DNA of 64,000 nucleotides from Macrostomum lignano (taxonomy: Eukaryota), in the NCBI GenBank assembly GCA_002269645.1, contig NIVC01000618.1:124001-188000 (forward strand), given 5' to 3'. Position 1 is the first letter of the stretch. Each line of letters begins with the position of its first letter. Below, piece by piece: positions 51,479 to 64,000 of the stretch. A program made the translations under genes and the position numbers. The notes beneath the pieces were generated by a model. That model did no database searches. It had not been told where the DNA came from and saw nothing but the letters and a program-made list of their open reading frames with translations.

Positions 51479-53509
51479 AGCGACCTTAAGAGAATTTCGA
51501 ATTCGCAAGAACCAAGCAAGTCTCACCCCCTAATTTGCGACTAAACTGAACGAAAGAACCACACCAAAACTTGGCGGAATGTTTTCGCTATTTTGCAAAA
51601 CAAACCAAAATTCTTAATTACGCAGCCCTGTTATGACAAATAAAACGATCATCTTTGCGGTTTGAATCGCAGCAAAATTTTGACTTCTTTTGGACCTTTT
51701 CTTAATGAAGAAATTTGGCCAATTCACTATACTGCCTTCAAGTAGGGTACACGTTCTATCTGTGAATGCACGTTAATAACGTGCAGGCTGGTGAAGAGAA
51801 TCTGCATTGCTTGGGAGAAATCATCAATTCAGAAAGGTATAATAGATCATAGAAAACCTGGGATTCCTAGTTGAAAATTTTAGCATTGTTCTGACTCTAT
51901 AACCATCTCTGATTGACAGGCTGCAATGCATTCTTCCCTATAGTTTCGAGAGCATTTGCGAATTTAGAATCCTCTTCTACTCAATCTGCTGAGTGCACAG
52001 GATGCTTCACCCCGGAAGACTGCTCGGTAAGCGCTTTTACCGCAGGTAGATGGGTGAGAATCGATCGAATTGCTCAAGTTTAAAGGCCCACTTCTCAATT
52101 GCAATTGCATTGCTGGTTGCCATGCAGTTCCCTCCTCCGACTCCGTCTGTCTACTCGAATTTACATGCAGCTAGAAACAAAAAATGAACAAAAGGTGCGT
52201 AATTTTTCTTCTAGAGGTAGTTTAACTTTCTTCCCGGAACTGTTGGAGCAATTCAATTTTCTTTTTTAGTCTCTCATTGCTCTCTGATGCGTCTTCTGCC
52301 CCGTCGGGAAATTTACCAAAGGAGAAAGTCTGCATGCAGGCAGGCCCGGAAGAGTTTAATGGGGCTTCGTCCCAAGCAAATATTTGCTTCCAGGCTCCTA
52401 AACTATACTTTTGGATACCAGCGCCTTTTGATGCAGCTTGACATTTTTTTTGGGGGGGGGTGGGAGGCGGGCGTTAGTCGAGAAAACCGGAGAAGTCATA
52501 CCGGATCAAGGATAGCAACTAATGCCAAGCTATTTATAGGTGAAATCCGCTAATTGCCGCCATAAAAATTTTGCGTCAACTCCAATTGGTGAACTGCGGC
52601 AGATTAACAAAATGAAATTAATTGGATAGTATATAGATAGTCCGGGACAACTTGGTTAAAACAAATATTCAATTGGCTGTGCGAACAGGATTATAATAGT
52701 TTAAAATGACATATCATTAAACTGTGCTGAATATTTGAGTTCAAGACAGCTAGAGCAAGAGATACTTGGGGTCATGGAAGACCCATGGATTATTGTTGAG
52801 AAGGAATATTGTTGCCTATCAAAACCCGTCCTCAGATCGGCCGCTGCTTTTAAGCAATTCAGTTCAGTTGCTTTCAAGCGGAAACTAGCTAGTGCAGTCG
52901 CGCGATTGTGTTAATTGTATTAAAAGAGAGATGCTTTACTAAGTCAAGCTCACAGCATCGCTTTGCGTTCGAGTCTAAAATCTGTGCACCAGCGTCCATT
53001 GTCTCGATGTGCAGTGCAATAAGCAAGCCGACACAGTCGAACGGCAACAAACAGTTACTGACTAAAACAAATGCAGGCATAGAGCATACGGATTTCTGCA
53101 AACTGCTATTTTTAGAATTTTTACCTGTTGAATCCACCATTCTCTTATGGAGTAGCTCCTAAAGGAAGAAGCAAACAAAAAAGATTGACTCGTCAGGCAT
53201 AGTGTTGAGCTAAAGACTCCTAGCAAACATTTACACAAACGAACACTGCTAACACTTACTGTATGCATCCGTCAGAAGCAAAAAAGTTTACTTGTTTCGA
53301 TCAACACAGCTGAGACCAATTGAATTTGAAGCTTAGGATTTGCGTAGCTTAGCTTGGAAGTTTAGGATTTGCTAGCCATGGACTTAAAACCCGACTACCA
53401 TAGGTAAATAAATTGTTCTCTAACTATGTCAAGTGACGCATGGAAAAACGATAAATAAAAATGGCTCATTTATGTGCATGTAAATTCTAAATACGCTAAA
53501 TGTTCCGTG

Positions 53510-55240
53510 AGTGCATGGGTGATGCACTTTGGGTGATTGACCTACATCAATACAGAGATTGCGGCAGCACTGGGACTTGAAGGGAAGGAGGAGCAAGGTC
53601 AACTTGAACGTGCTGAATGTTCAGACCGAGACATTCATGACTTCACCAGTGATAATGAAATTGGAGAGCGCCGACGGAAAATGGAAGACGCATATCACTG
53701 CATACACTGACTGTCACTGGAAAGCTGAAAGCTACAGACTGGAGCACTTTTGCTGCACCATGGAAGCATCTCGAAGACATTCCATTCCCGAAGCTTACTC
53801 ATCCGCCAGTCATTGAGCTGCTGATCGGTGTGGATCATGCTGAACTTCGAAATTCTGTGTAATTCGGAGAGCCACAAGAACGCCTCACGCCACTATGGAC
53901 TTGCACTGGTCAATCAAAACCATCTTTGTCATTAACGCAGCTTGACAGCACGTTCCTATGTCCTGCAGCTGGCTCAGAGGAATTTTCTTCATTGCTACAC
54001 AGAAGTCTTACCGTGGACGAGCAGTGCGCCGTGCAGCAGGCGAAGTCGACATTTTCGATGAACAACGGTCGCTACAAAATCGACTTCCCCTGGAGACCAG
54101 GACGTTGCTCGCAGTTCGGCAGTTTCAAGATGGCTGTGAATCGGCTTCAGAACACAAAAGCTAAAGGACACCAAGGTATCTGTGCAGTACCAGGCTTGCA
54201 TCGAGCGCTACGAGCTATGAGCAGCAGGGCTACATATCAGACGGATTAGTGCTGAGGATCCGGCAGTAAAAAGGTCCTTCTTGTCACACTTTCCGGTGAT
54301 TCGGTTTGACAAAAGCTACAACGAATCTTCGAATCATTTTTGACGCTTTGGCTCGCTTAATAGTCTCATCCTTCCAGGTCCAAAATTACTTCGAGACTTG
54401 GTGGATGTGCTCCGCTTCCGAAAGTAATCAGTCGCCGTCACATGTGATGTGTCATAGACCTGACGTGTCTTTGGAATCAACAGCTCGCCTTCATAGCCCA
54501 GTTCTGTTGTTCGTGAGCACACCTATCGACTGAAGGATGAATTGCCTGTGGCAGCAAGGAAATGGGTGTCAAACTCCAAAAAACTACTAAATCAAGTACC
54601 ATTGGAAGATCAAGCCGGAGAAGTAAGTCTGGATGGGACGTCGCTATCATAAAAACACTGGGAGTAATCTGGAAGAGTGAGAATGACGAATTTACTTTCA
54701 CTTCCCGGCAGGCGGCAAAACGAGGTCTTTTAAAAAACTCGCGCGTCAGTATTCGACCCTCTGGGTTTTATTTCGCCCTTCACAGTACTTGCAAACATGC
54801 TTCTACAGGAGTTGTGGGCAGCGGTCAAGATTGGGATGAGACGCCAGATCCGGAGCTGGAAAAAAGAATTTATGTGTGATGCGAGAATTTCCACAGCTTG
54901 AAATAAGTTGGAGTCCGGCGTTGTCTGTATCAGTTTTCGGTGCATTGGCAGAAACGACGCATTTAGTCCGACCAAGAGATGGCGACATGTTCAACGGCTG
55001 GTGAGAAACTTCTGGCACAGCTGGATCGGCAAGTGGCTGCCAGGGCTGGGAGAGCATTTCGATCTGCAGGTAGACGACATAGTGCTGCACGTGGCTCCAG
55101 ACAGTCCGCGAGGTCGAACACCTCTGACACGGGTGCTAGACGTGTACCCAGGCAATGACGGGCATGTGAAGGTTGCCAAAATTCAGCTAGTAGGCAAGAC
55201 TTGATGCGGCCGATCGCACGACGGTGTGCATTGATACAGA
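53510..55240 (+). mobile_element. BEL/Pao LTR-retrotransposon pol remnant, internally deleted
   Basis: Protease-like TYINTEIAAALGL, LLIGVDH, GRYKIDFPWR, RIIFDA, GPKLLRDL, KTLGVIW, FDPLGFISP, LQELW..GQDWDE, and integrase tail RHVQRLVRNFWHSW...LQVDDIVL..PRG..RVLDVYPGNDGHVKV. Many frameshifts. Confidence 0.92.
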
Positions 55241-55783
55241 TTGCACAAAAACTTGAAATTTATTAAGGTTCGAATGATTGTGTAGCAGCGAGAAGCATTA
55301 ATCAGATAGCAGCGAGCCCCGTTTGGCCATAGACAATATTCTTAAGCTGTTCTCGTTACTGTCTCTAAAATCGAATAAAGCCGAAGTTAGAGCCCGCCAA
55401 TGGTTTACAACCGTTCTATCTCACTTCCACGAAATAATTTTCACTGCGTTTTTCGACTATTTCGAACGCATATTTCGACTTTCCCTGTTGATTTTAGTTT
55501 CGTTTGTTGCAAGTTACCGATTCCTAATATTTCTATGGCCGTACCCTAGAATAAATTGACTGCTTGTGCCACCCTGAGATAATGACCACGTTTGGAGCGC
55601 TGGGTCGTATATAAAATGGTGAAATAATGGCCAAACACGAGTTGTCTAAATGGAATGATGGGTGTTGAAACAGACTGCAGTTGAATCAAACGTTGATAGG
55701 ATTAACTGAACTTCCTCTAGAAGTTACAAGTTCAGCTCAAGAGGATTAGCATTTGATCCGATTCCACGCGGTAGTGCAAGCGG

Positions 55784-57220
55784 TGTCACAAGACCCTGGT
55801 CGATCTAATGTACAGATAATAACCTAAATCAATATTTAAACCCCTGCTGCTTTGATCAAAACAGACACGGAAAGTAATCGATAAAAAAATTCCGAGACTT
55901 TCAGCTGTCTGTTTTTTCTGCCAAATGGCAAACGGCAAATCAAGTATAGGTTAAAGTGTACTCACGGAAATTTTGTACGAGTCATTATCCGTCTGATCTG
56001 CGTGCACTGCAGCACGCTATTCGTGGCCACACAAAAGGGCTACAGCTGACGACACGGCCCGCGCGAATGCCCAAACCCCACTGACTAACTGCATGCATCG
56101 TGGCGCATTGTCGTGACAAAAGGGCTCTTTATCTTACGAGTACATTGTTTCAGTCCGAGATTATTACGTGGCCATTGGTTCAGCAGAGAAAAAGGATGGA
56201 TTAAGCCATGGAAAAACAAGCGAAGAGGCAAGAGCTCTGTTTGGGAAAGAGAAGAAGCCTGCAGTAAAAGGCTTGCCTAGGGGCCATAATTTTAGCAGAA
56301 TAAATGGGGTGGGTTGAACCATAGAAACACAAGCGATGAAGAAAAGCTTTATATGAAAAGGCTCAAATTCGAGCTAATACAGCGGAAAACTTGAGTCGAG
56401 AAATAGAATAGCTCTTGCTGGCTACTAAACTAGCGCATGGATCTCATTAATTTGGGTAATCTACCCGTTGATTCTTTAAACGTGGTGACAAATAGGAAGG
56501 ACACCAGACTGATGCCGAGTTGGAGGAATTCATCCATTGACTTAAGAACGCGGTGGATTTCTGTGACACACCAGAGCTACCTACCGAGGATGTCACAGGG
56601 AAGCTGGACGCGGCTGAAATTGAATCACTGCAGCGAACCACGCAGGAGCAAATGCGACGTCATGGGAAAGCTCTCGAGAAATTCTTGAAGGAACACACCT
56701 TGAAGACTGTGCCATGATGGAGCCGTGGAAACTCAACGAATGCCTACGGTATTCCGATTTCGGTTTGAAGAAGTAAAGAGGAGATCTTTATGTACCTGAA
56801 AGTCTAGTGTGCCTTCGGGAAGGCATCCTTCAGCTGGTCAAGAAGCGTTCGGTGAGCTTGGTGGGTGGAGAAGAGTTGGGAAGCTCCCAGTTCGAGGCAT
56901 TACTTAAGTAACTTAAGCAGATATACTTAAGTTTTGTTTACAATCCTATACGTCTTTGGTGAGCGGGGACAAGAGCACTTCAATGAACTTCCTTCAATAG
57001 GAACTCAAGCGAGGTGCTACTAATGATGCCAAGCAAGTACGCATGTATGACACCGCTATCTTGAAGCGCTACCTAGAATGCTTACCAGCTACCACCAAGG
57101 ATGCTCCTATTCCCGAAGCCACTGAAGGGAGAAGGCAAGGATCTTTTCAATAATGGTAAATCGAGGCAAGAACTACTGGAACAACTTCATGAAAACTTGA
57201 GCACGAAGGCTGGTTTGCCT
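55784..57220 (+). mobile_element. Possible Gypsy-like LTR plus decayed gag
   Basis: TGTCAC...GTGACA bounded segment at 55784-56118 and weak gag/SCAN-like fragments (TNAY.RFR, FEALLK.LKQIYL...IRLW). No PBS or PPT found. Confidence 0.3.
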
Positions 57221-57951
57221 AATACACAAACAAGCTGTATTAGGTAGGTCCATGACCACCGTTCATGCTTTATAATTAAAGATAAAGTTTATATAATTTT
57301 TTCATATCTTTACGTGTGCATCAAATTCTTTCGCCTAAGGGTTACTGGCATTTGCAACCTGCATTCGATGGGCCATAGTATCGACGAAACCATTAACTTC
57401 TCCAGGATCTGACGACTCCAAGTACGGAGGATATACATGTCGCTTCGGCTCCTACGGCTCCGGCCTCGCCAGAAGCTTCGGACACAAGTGCGAGAATTCA
57501 GCCGATTCAGTCCGAGTCCAGCCGTGTAGAGAATTGTCAGTCAGTCCATGAACCTTCTAGCAACATCATTGTAATGGATCTACCAGCTAAGATGATCTAC
57601 CAAATCAGTCTATTGGAAGAGCATTGTTCACGAGCTCAAGTTACCAGTCAATTGTTTGTGGCTACGTCCAAGCCAGGGCCATCTAGATTTCAATTTTCTG
57701 AATGCGGGTTCAAGAACTGCTCGTTTAATCCGAAAGAGAGAACTGTCTGAACTAAAATGACGAATTGTTGGCGTTAACGAATTGTCTATGGCCATGTTTG
57801 AATTCATATTACATGTTACAGTGTATCTTAAGCTGCGTCTCATTCTATTAAGTTTCAGGAACTCGAGTTTGCGATACGATTCAACTGCCATTTTGAACCT
57901 CTTCGATGTAACTCGGACACATCAGTTTTAAACTATAGCTTATTACTCGTA

Positions 57952-58250
57952 TCTATACATTATATAAAAACGAAACCTGTCTGCCTGTGTCTGTATAACA
58001 ACTTACATCGTGACTTTTAAACTGCATAACTACACCAAATTCTACACCCACCCTAAACTCGCTACCGGAAATTCCTTAGCTAAATTCGATTCTTCATGAC
58101 TCAAAGTGTAAATTTTCTTATTCCTTCAGTACCGTCGCTTGAATTTGACAGAACCCTAATCCCAAATTAAAATTAAAATTCAAGTTAGTCCTGAACAACG
58201 TTGCTTACTTAAAAAACAGCGTTATAGTCTGTTTTTGGCGAAACAGCCAG
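57952..58250 (+). mobile_element. Helitron-like 5' terminus
   Basis: A|TCTATACATTATATAAAAACGAAACCTGTCTGCCTGTGTCTG. The 3' end is uncertain; a CTAG|T occurs at 59141-59145 but with only a weak hairpin. Confidence 0.55.
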
Positions 58251-58974
58251 CCGAATCTTTTGCTTTCTTTCCCTATCTACGCTTTGAAATCTGAGCTTTG
58301 AGATTTATTAACTTTTGGCTGCCAAAACTTTGCTCCACATGAACCTGTTTATTTCAAACCTGAAAACTTTAGTTTACAGTGGGTCACGATTCTCTTGACC
58401 TTCCTGGATCCGCCTGTCTAGGTCGAGTAATAGCTAGCTTTCCACTTGTTCCACGATACGCCTAGCAACCCTTCCAGCTGCTTTAGCCACTATATTAGCG
58501 TTTATTTCTGAAGTAGACTCGAATTGTCTTGGCGTTGCGGCACCAGTATACACATTTCTGGGCGCCTATATCCAAATACATGTATTGCAACTGCAATTGC
58601 CACCATTGGGGCGCAGTCAGTTAATAATATTCCCTGCCATGTTTGGTTGGGAAAGAATTCGGACGCATTGCCGTGCCTTTATTTTAGACTATCTTGTCTC
58701 TCTTCAGTTTTCCGCATACATATGCAAGATTAGAGCCATATAGAAGCCCTAATGACATGCAGTTTAACTCGTATTCTCATAAAAATCAATTAAGCTGGGG
58801 GACACAAGTTTACAGGTTTGCAACATGCTTACTTAAACTTCAATGTTTGATCCCTTGGATACATCCTTTCTGTTGCGATTTTTCTGGTCCATTGTTTGTA
58901 CTTGGGAAACTGTTTTAATCTTCAGTAAGGCCGATTGTTAAAAAAATATATATCGATGTCAGTAGCTGCGGAAA

Positions 58975-59300
58975 CAGTCAAGTCAAAAGTAAAAAAACCG
59001 GGCACCGCAACGCCGGTTCACTACAACATGATTGAGGACGTCAACGATGTCAATATCAATTCAGACTTGAAGCTGCAGCAGTAGTTGACCTACAAGCTGA
59101 ATCACCTGTACATTAACTGGCCCTGGGACCTTTCATTGTGCTAGTAACGAGTCATTCTTACTCGTATTTATGCAAGTGTTTTAAATAAGTTTGGTTATAC
59201 TTTACCAAATCCTGTGCTCATGTTTCAAATGAATTATTTTTTGCAAGCGGGTAGCAGCCTGGTCGACAACCAGAATCTATACAACCTGTTAAACATACTT
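58975..59300 (+). pseudogene. piwi: Decayed PIWI-clade Argonaute C-terminal fragment
   Basis: 58998-59130 translates PGTATPVHYNMIEDVNDVNINSDLKLQQ*LTYKLNHLYINWP(frameshift)GT, matching the PIWI-domain motif GT.TP.HYN.I.D...LQ.LTYKLCHLY.NWPGT. TAG at 59082-59084. A possible C-terminal remnant AGSSLVDNQNLYNLLNIL* near 59245-59300 is weaker. Confidence 0.8.
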
Positions 59301-60213
59301 TAAGCCTCTACAGTTATTGAAGAAGAAGCAATATCTGGTGATTTTTTGAGAATAATCAAGCAAGTGCTAGCGAATAAACTTTTTCGAGTCTGGTTGTCAA
59401 GCGGAGCGCTAAGTCGACGATAACGACGACAGGGCTGCTCTGGAAGACTTCAGCAGAGCTATGTCTATGGACTCGAGGCCGGTAGCTACTCGCCAGGATA
59501 GCGGCTATGTCGGCACTGTTGTGTCATGAAGAGGGAGCCCTTAAAAGGGCCATTTTACTAAACAACAAGCTTAGTTTTAATATGGGTATTTTTCTTATTA
59601 CTCTACTATAAGTAGGCGTCAACGTAAATGTTATGCAAACAATTAATACTTTTTCGAGTTGCCAAATTTATCGATCGTGTAATAATTCATGCTTGGATGC
59701 AAAATATAAGTGCAGGGTTGTCGTCCTAAGTGGAGCACGACTTTTGGCTGAATTCTTACCGGCTTTAGAGTCTATAGAGACACCACAGGCACCGCTACCG
59801 TCGGCGGTGTCAAAGTTGGCATCGGCTGTGGTCGAGGTCGAGGCCCTGGCCTGTAATGTATCTGGTTTATTTTAACATCTTGACATTGAACATAAACATG
59901 AATTTGAACATTGACATTCAATGCTCAATGTTTAATGTTCAAATTTTATTTGAGCTATGGCATCTCCTACTCATTGCTTTTCAACGTGTACACGCGCACA
60001 TGCATAAGAGAGCCCAAAGCCGAGGGCTAAGAGGTTAATAATAAAGTTGGATGAGCTACGAGCTCGAATGCAATACTCAAAACCGATTGCCTTCACGCTG
60101 AACTCCAAGAGCCGGGGAACAAAATACGGTCGCCCCCTGAAGGTCTGAAGACTGACGGACTTTTCTTGATGCTAGTCTTGATGCTGGAAAATCACCAGGA
60201 AACTGATTTTGCT

Positions 60214-60960
60214 ACATGAGGGCCGTGCAATATTTTTTAGGTTCGTTTTGACATGCGAAGCGGCACAGTCTACGATCAATTATATGCTTAAACAAATACA
60301 GTAGGGGAGTTTGACTGAATTTTCAACAAAGTAATTGCAGATACTGCCGCTGTATAATGCACACGGTATTGATTCACTACAATATTCTAGACGTTATGAG
60401 TAAAAGACTTGTTGGACACTCCTGGTACGATTGTATGCCAATCACAGCGGAGTCAACTGGAAATGACGATTTCTTATGATCGACATGACGATTCTTTTAT
60501 GGTGAACATGATGATCATTTTATGGTGAACATGACGAGTGGTAGCAGCCGTAAGACACGCGGCCAACAGTCGTCCATCGGAGTCAAGACGTCAAGAAGAT
60601 TATGCTCATCGTTGCCTACGATGCCTTTGGCATTCTGATCGTGCACCGAGTGCCCCAGGATCAGACCGTGAACCAGCAGTACTACAGAGAATTTCTGATG
60701 CTGCATCTCCGACCTGCCATCCGCAAGAAGCGACCAGCTCTGCTGAGTGACGGACCTCTCGTGCTGCACGGCAATGCGAGTGCGCACACAAGCAGCGCAG
60801 TGAAGCAGCTGCTGCTGAGTTATGACTGGGAGGTGCTGCCTCACCCACCCTAATCCCCTGACATCAGTCCTTGTGACTTTGAGTTGCTTCCGAAGTTGAA
60901 GACTCAGTACCGCGGGCGCCAGTTCACCGACCTTGATCAGCTGTTTGGCGAAGTCGTCCA
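60214..60960 (+). mobile_element. Mariner (DD34D) transposon remnant, internally deleted
   Basis: TIR-like TGAGGGCCGTGCAATA near 60217. Transposase MLIVAYDAFGIL...TVNQQYY...LRPAIRKKRP..LHGNASAH...WEVLPHPP*SPDISPCDF.L.PKLK. HDNA is mutated to HGNA and YSPD to a stop. Confidence 0.92.
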
Positions 60961-61259
60961 ACTGGCAAATCACCCGGCACGTACAGGAGCCGTGGAAGGA
61001 GTTCGGATGCAATTATTCGCAAACAACTACAACCCTAAACGCCATGCATTATCTGCTACATATAGTCTTGCCAATTCTGAAACCAAAAGAGAGAAAAACA
61101 AGCAAGCAACGACATGCAACGTGGAGGATATCATAAGACTGAGCCCGACTTTTGGATGCACATGAAGCTGGAAACGATTACCTGGCGGTGGCTCGCACGC
61201 TTAACGTTAAACGCTAAACTATGTACATTGTAGCATTAATCAGCTAGTAGCGAGCACCA

Positions 61260-61420
61260 TTTTGACCATACAGAACCATACAGACCATACAGAACCATAC
61301 AGAACCATACAGAACCATACAGAACCATACAGACCATACAGAACCATACAGACCATACAGAACCATACAGACCATACAGAACCATACAGAACCATACAGA
61401 TTTTGACCATTTTGACCATT
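61260..61420. repeat. (ACCATACAG[A])n 9-10-bp repeat
   Basis: Directly visible. Confidence 0.93.
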
Positions 61421-61428
61421 AGAATATA

Positions 61429-61735
61429 CTAGCAATCTTCGCCCCCCGATGGGGGACATCTGGATAGAATCTCTGTTCTCTACACGGATCAAAAACACAT
61501 CCAAATAAAGCCTTCACAAAGACAATAAACAAACTGCTCAAATGAAGAGCAATGCGAAAAGAAAACATCCCAAGACAGCATGCAAGCATCCCCCCCCAGA
61601 TAGCAAGCATCCCCCCCCCAGATAGCAAGCACCCCCAGATAGCAAGCACCCCCCCATAGCAAGCATCCAATTGATAGCAAGTATCTATCCTTAAATAGCA
61701 AGCATCCACCAGACAATAAGTATCTAGTGCAACAA
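61429..61735 (-). mobile_element. Short Helitron-like element of the 12.8/22.2 kb family
   Basis: GTCCCCCATCGGGGGGC hairpin + GAAGATTG + CTAG|T at 61429. Internal GATAGCAAGCATCCCC repeats and TATCTAGTGCAA are shared with 15470-15570. Confidence 0.7.
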
Positions 61736-61749
61736 TTTTCTTAGCTTTA

Positions 61750-64000
61750 TGGTGGCTTCTTTATGATTGGCATGACGCTTCTTTTTACGTTTGTAATTGT
61801 CTCTTTTATGTTTGACATGGTGGCTCTTTTATGTTTGGCATGGTGGCTCTTTTATGTTTGACATGGTGGCTCTTTAATGTTTGAAATGGTGGCTCTTTTA
61901 TGTTTTACATGGTGGGTCTTTAATGTTCGACATGATGGCTCTTTAATGTTTGACATGGTGGCTCTTTAATGTTTGACCTGGTGGCACTTTACTGTCTGCA
62001 ATGATGGCTCTTTAATGTTTGACATGGAGTCACGTATACGCTTGACATGGTGACTCGTTAATGTTTGACATGGTGGCTCTTTAATGTTTTATATGGTGGC
62101 TCTTTTATGTTCGACATGGTGGCTCTTTAACGTTCGATATGGTGGCTCTTTAATGTTCGACATGGAGTCACATATATGTTAGACATGGTGGCTCTTTAAT
62201 GTTGGACATGGTTGCTTTTTAATGTTCGACATGGTGGCACTTTAATGTCTGAAATGATGGCTCTTTAATGTTTGACATGGAGTCACGTATACGCTTGACA
62301 TGGTGACTCGCTAATGTTTGACATGGTGGCTCTTTAACGTTCGACATGGTGGCTCTTTAATGTTAGACATGGTGGCTCTTTAATGTTTTACATGGTGGCT
62401 CTTTTATGTTCGACATGGTGGCTCTTTAACGTTCGACATGGTGGCTCTTTAATGTTCGACATGGAGTCACATATATGTTGGACATGGTGGCTCTTAAATG
62501 TTGGACATGGTGGCTCTTTAATGTTAGACATGGTGGCTCTTTAAATCTTTTTCATGGTGGCTCTTAAATGTTTGACATGGTGGCTCTTTATTATTTGACA
62601 TGGTGGCTCTTTAATGTTTGACATGGTGGTTCTTTATTGTTCGACATGGTGGCTCTTTAATGTTCGACGTGGTGGCTCTTTAATGTTCGACAAAGTGGCT
62701 CCTTTATGTTTGACATGGTGGCTCTTTAATGTTTGACATGGTGGCTCTTTAATGTTTGACATTGTAGCTCTTAAATGTTCGACATGGTGGTTCTTTTACG
62801 TTTGACATGGTGGCTCTTTAATGTTTGACATTGTAGCTCTTAAATGTTCGACATGGTGGTTCTTTTACGTTTGACATGGTGGCTCTTTAATTTTCGACAT
62901 GTTGGCTCTTTAATGTTCGACGTGGTGGCTCTTTAATGTTCGACAAAGTGGCTCCTTTATGTTTGACATGGTGGCTCTTTAATTTTCGACATGTTGGCTC
63001 TTTTATGTTTGACATGGTAGCTGTTTAATTTTCGACATGTCGGCTCTTTTATGTTTGACATGGTGGCTCTTTAATGTTTGATATGGTGGCTCTTTTATGT
63101 TTTACATGGTGTGTCTTTAATGTTCGACATGATGGCTCTTTAATGTTTGACATGGTGGCTCTTTAATGTTTGACCTGGTGGCACTTTACTGTCTGCAATG
63201 ATGGCTCTTTAATGTTTGACATGGAGTCACGTATACGCTTGACATGGTGACTCGTTAATGTTTGACATGGTGGCTCTTTAATGTTTTACATGGTGGCTCT
63301 TTTATGTTCGATATGGTGGCTCTTTAACGTTCGATATGGTGGCTCTTTATTGTTCGACTTGGAGTCACATATATGTTAGACATGGTGGCTCTTTAATGTT
63401 GGACATGGTGGCTTTTTAATGTTCGACATGGTGACACTTTAATGTCTGAAATGATGGCTCTTTAATGTTTGACATGGAGTCACGTATACGATTGACATGG
63501 TGACTCGTTAATGTTTGACATGGTGGCTCTTTAACGTTCGACATGGTGGCTCTTTAATGTTAGACATGGTGGCTCTTTAATGTTTTACATGGTGGCTCTT
63601 TTATGTTCGACATGGTGGCTCTTTAACGTTCGACATGGTGGCTCTTTAATGTTCGACACGGAGTCACATATATGTTGGACATGGTGGCTCTTTAATGTTG
63701 CATGTTGGACATGGTGGCTCTTTAATGTTAGACATGGTGGCTCTTTAAATCTTTTTCATGGTGGCTCTTAAATGTTTGACATGGTGGCTCTTTATTATTT
63801 GACATGGTGGCTCTTTAATGTTTGACATGGTGGTTCTTTAATGTTCGACATGGTGGCTCTTTAATGTTCGACGTGGTGGCTCTTTAATGTTCGACAAAGT
63901 GGCTCCTTTATGTTTGACATGGTGGCTCTTTAATGTTTGACATGGTGGCTCTTTAATGTTTGACATTGTAGCTCTTAAATGTTCGACATGGTGGTTCTTT
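61750..64000. repeat. 23-bp satellite (TTTAATGTTTGACATGGTGGCTC)n with about 1.2-kb higher-order repeat, running off the window
   Basis: About 97 units. Diagnostic variants recur at about 1197-1205 bp spacing. Confidence 0.97.

Noticed and set aside
59760-59850. Isolated minus-strand exon-like segment (ttacAG|GCCAGG...GCCG|GTAAGA; ARASTSTTADANFDTADGSGACGVSIDSKA)
   Set aside because: The splice signals are good, but no partner exons could be chained and there is no recognisable homology. Left uncalled.

Overview
Eukaryotic (metazoan) genomic DNA with GT-AG introns, GC3-rich exons and many minisatellites. The style suggests a flatworm such as Macrostomum, but this is inference only. Supported genes: an endophilin-A gene (minus strand, N-BAR exons 11884->2706, 3' end not found in the window), an intronless 431-aa membrane-anchored protein (18269-19564, minus), a 232-aa polyQ/polyG orphan ORF (23337-24035, minus), a 2-exon caveolin (28026-28510), a 7-exon M14A metallocarboxypeptidase (29372-32232), a 4-exon DEG/ENaC channel (39625-43196) and a lone terminal exon at 51.3 kb. 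The rest is transposon debris (tRNA-SINEs, a Helitron-like family, RTE-like and LOA/I-like LINEs, Copia, BEL/Pao, Gypsy-like, mariner), about 25 distinct tandem arrays, and a decayed PIWI C-terminal fragment at 59 kb. Most notable: a candidate 6-nt microexon in endophilin, intronic minisatellites whose units resemble splice signals (tandem donor-like, acceptor-like and branch-point-like copies), a four-copy Helitron 3' signature with a head-to-tail junction, a carboxypeptidase with an unusual S1' residue and no 138-161 disulfide, and the PIWI fragment among the transposon remnants. There is no CRISPR or prokaryotic system. Most long ORFs in the supplied track are repeat artefacts. All exon models were derived by hand; repeat and TE boundaries are approximate.
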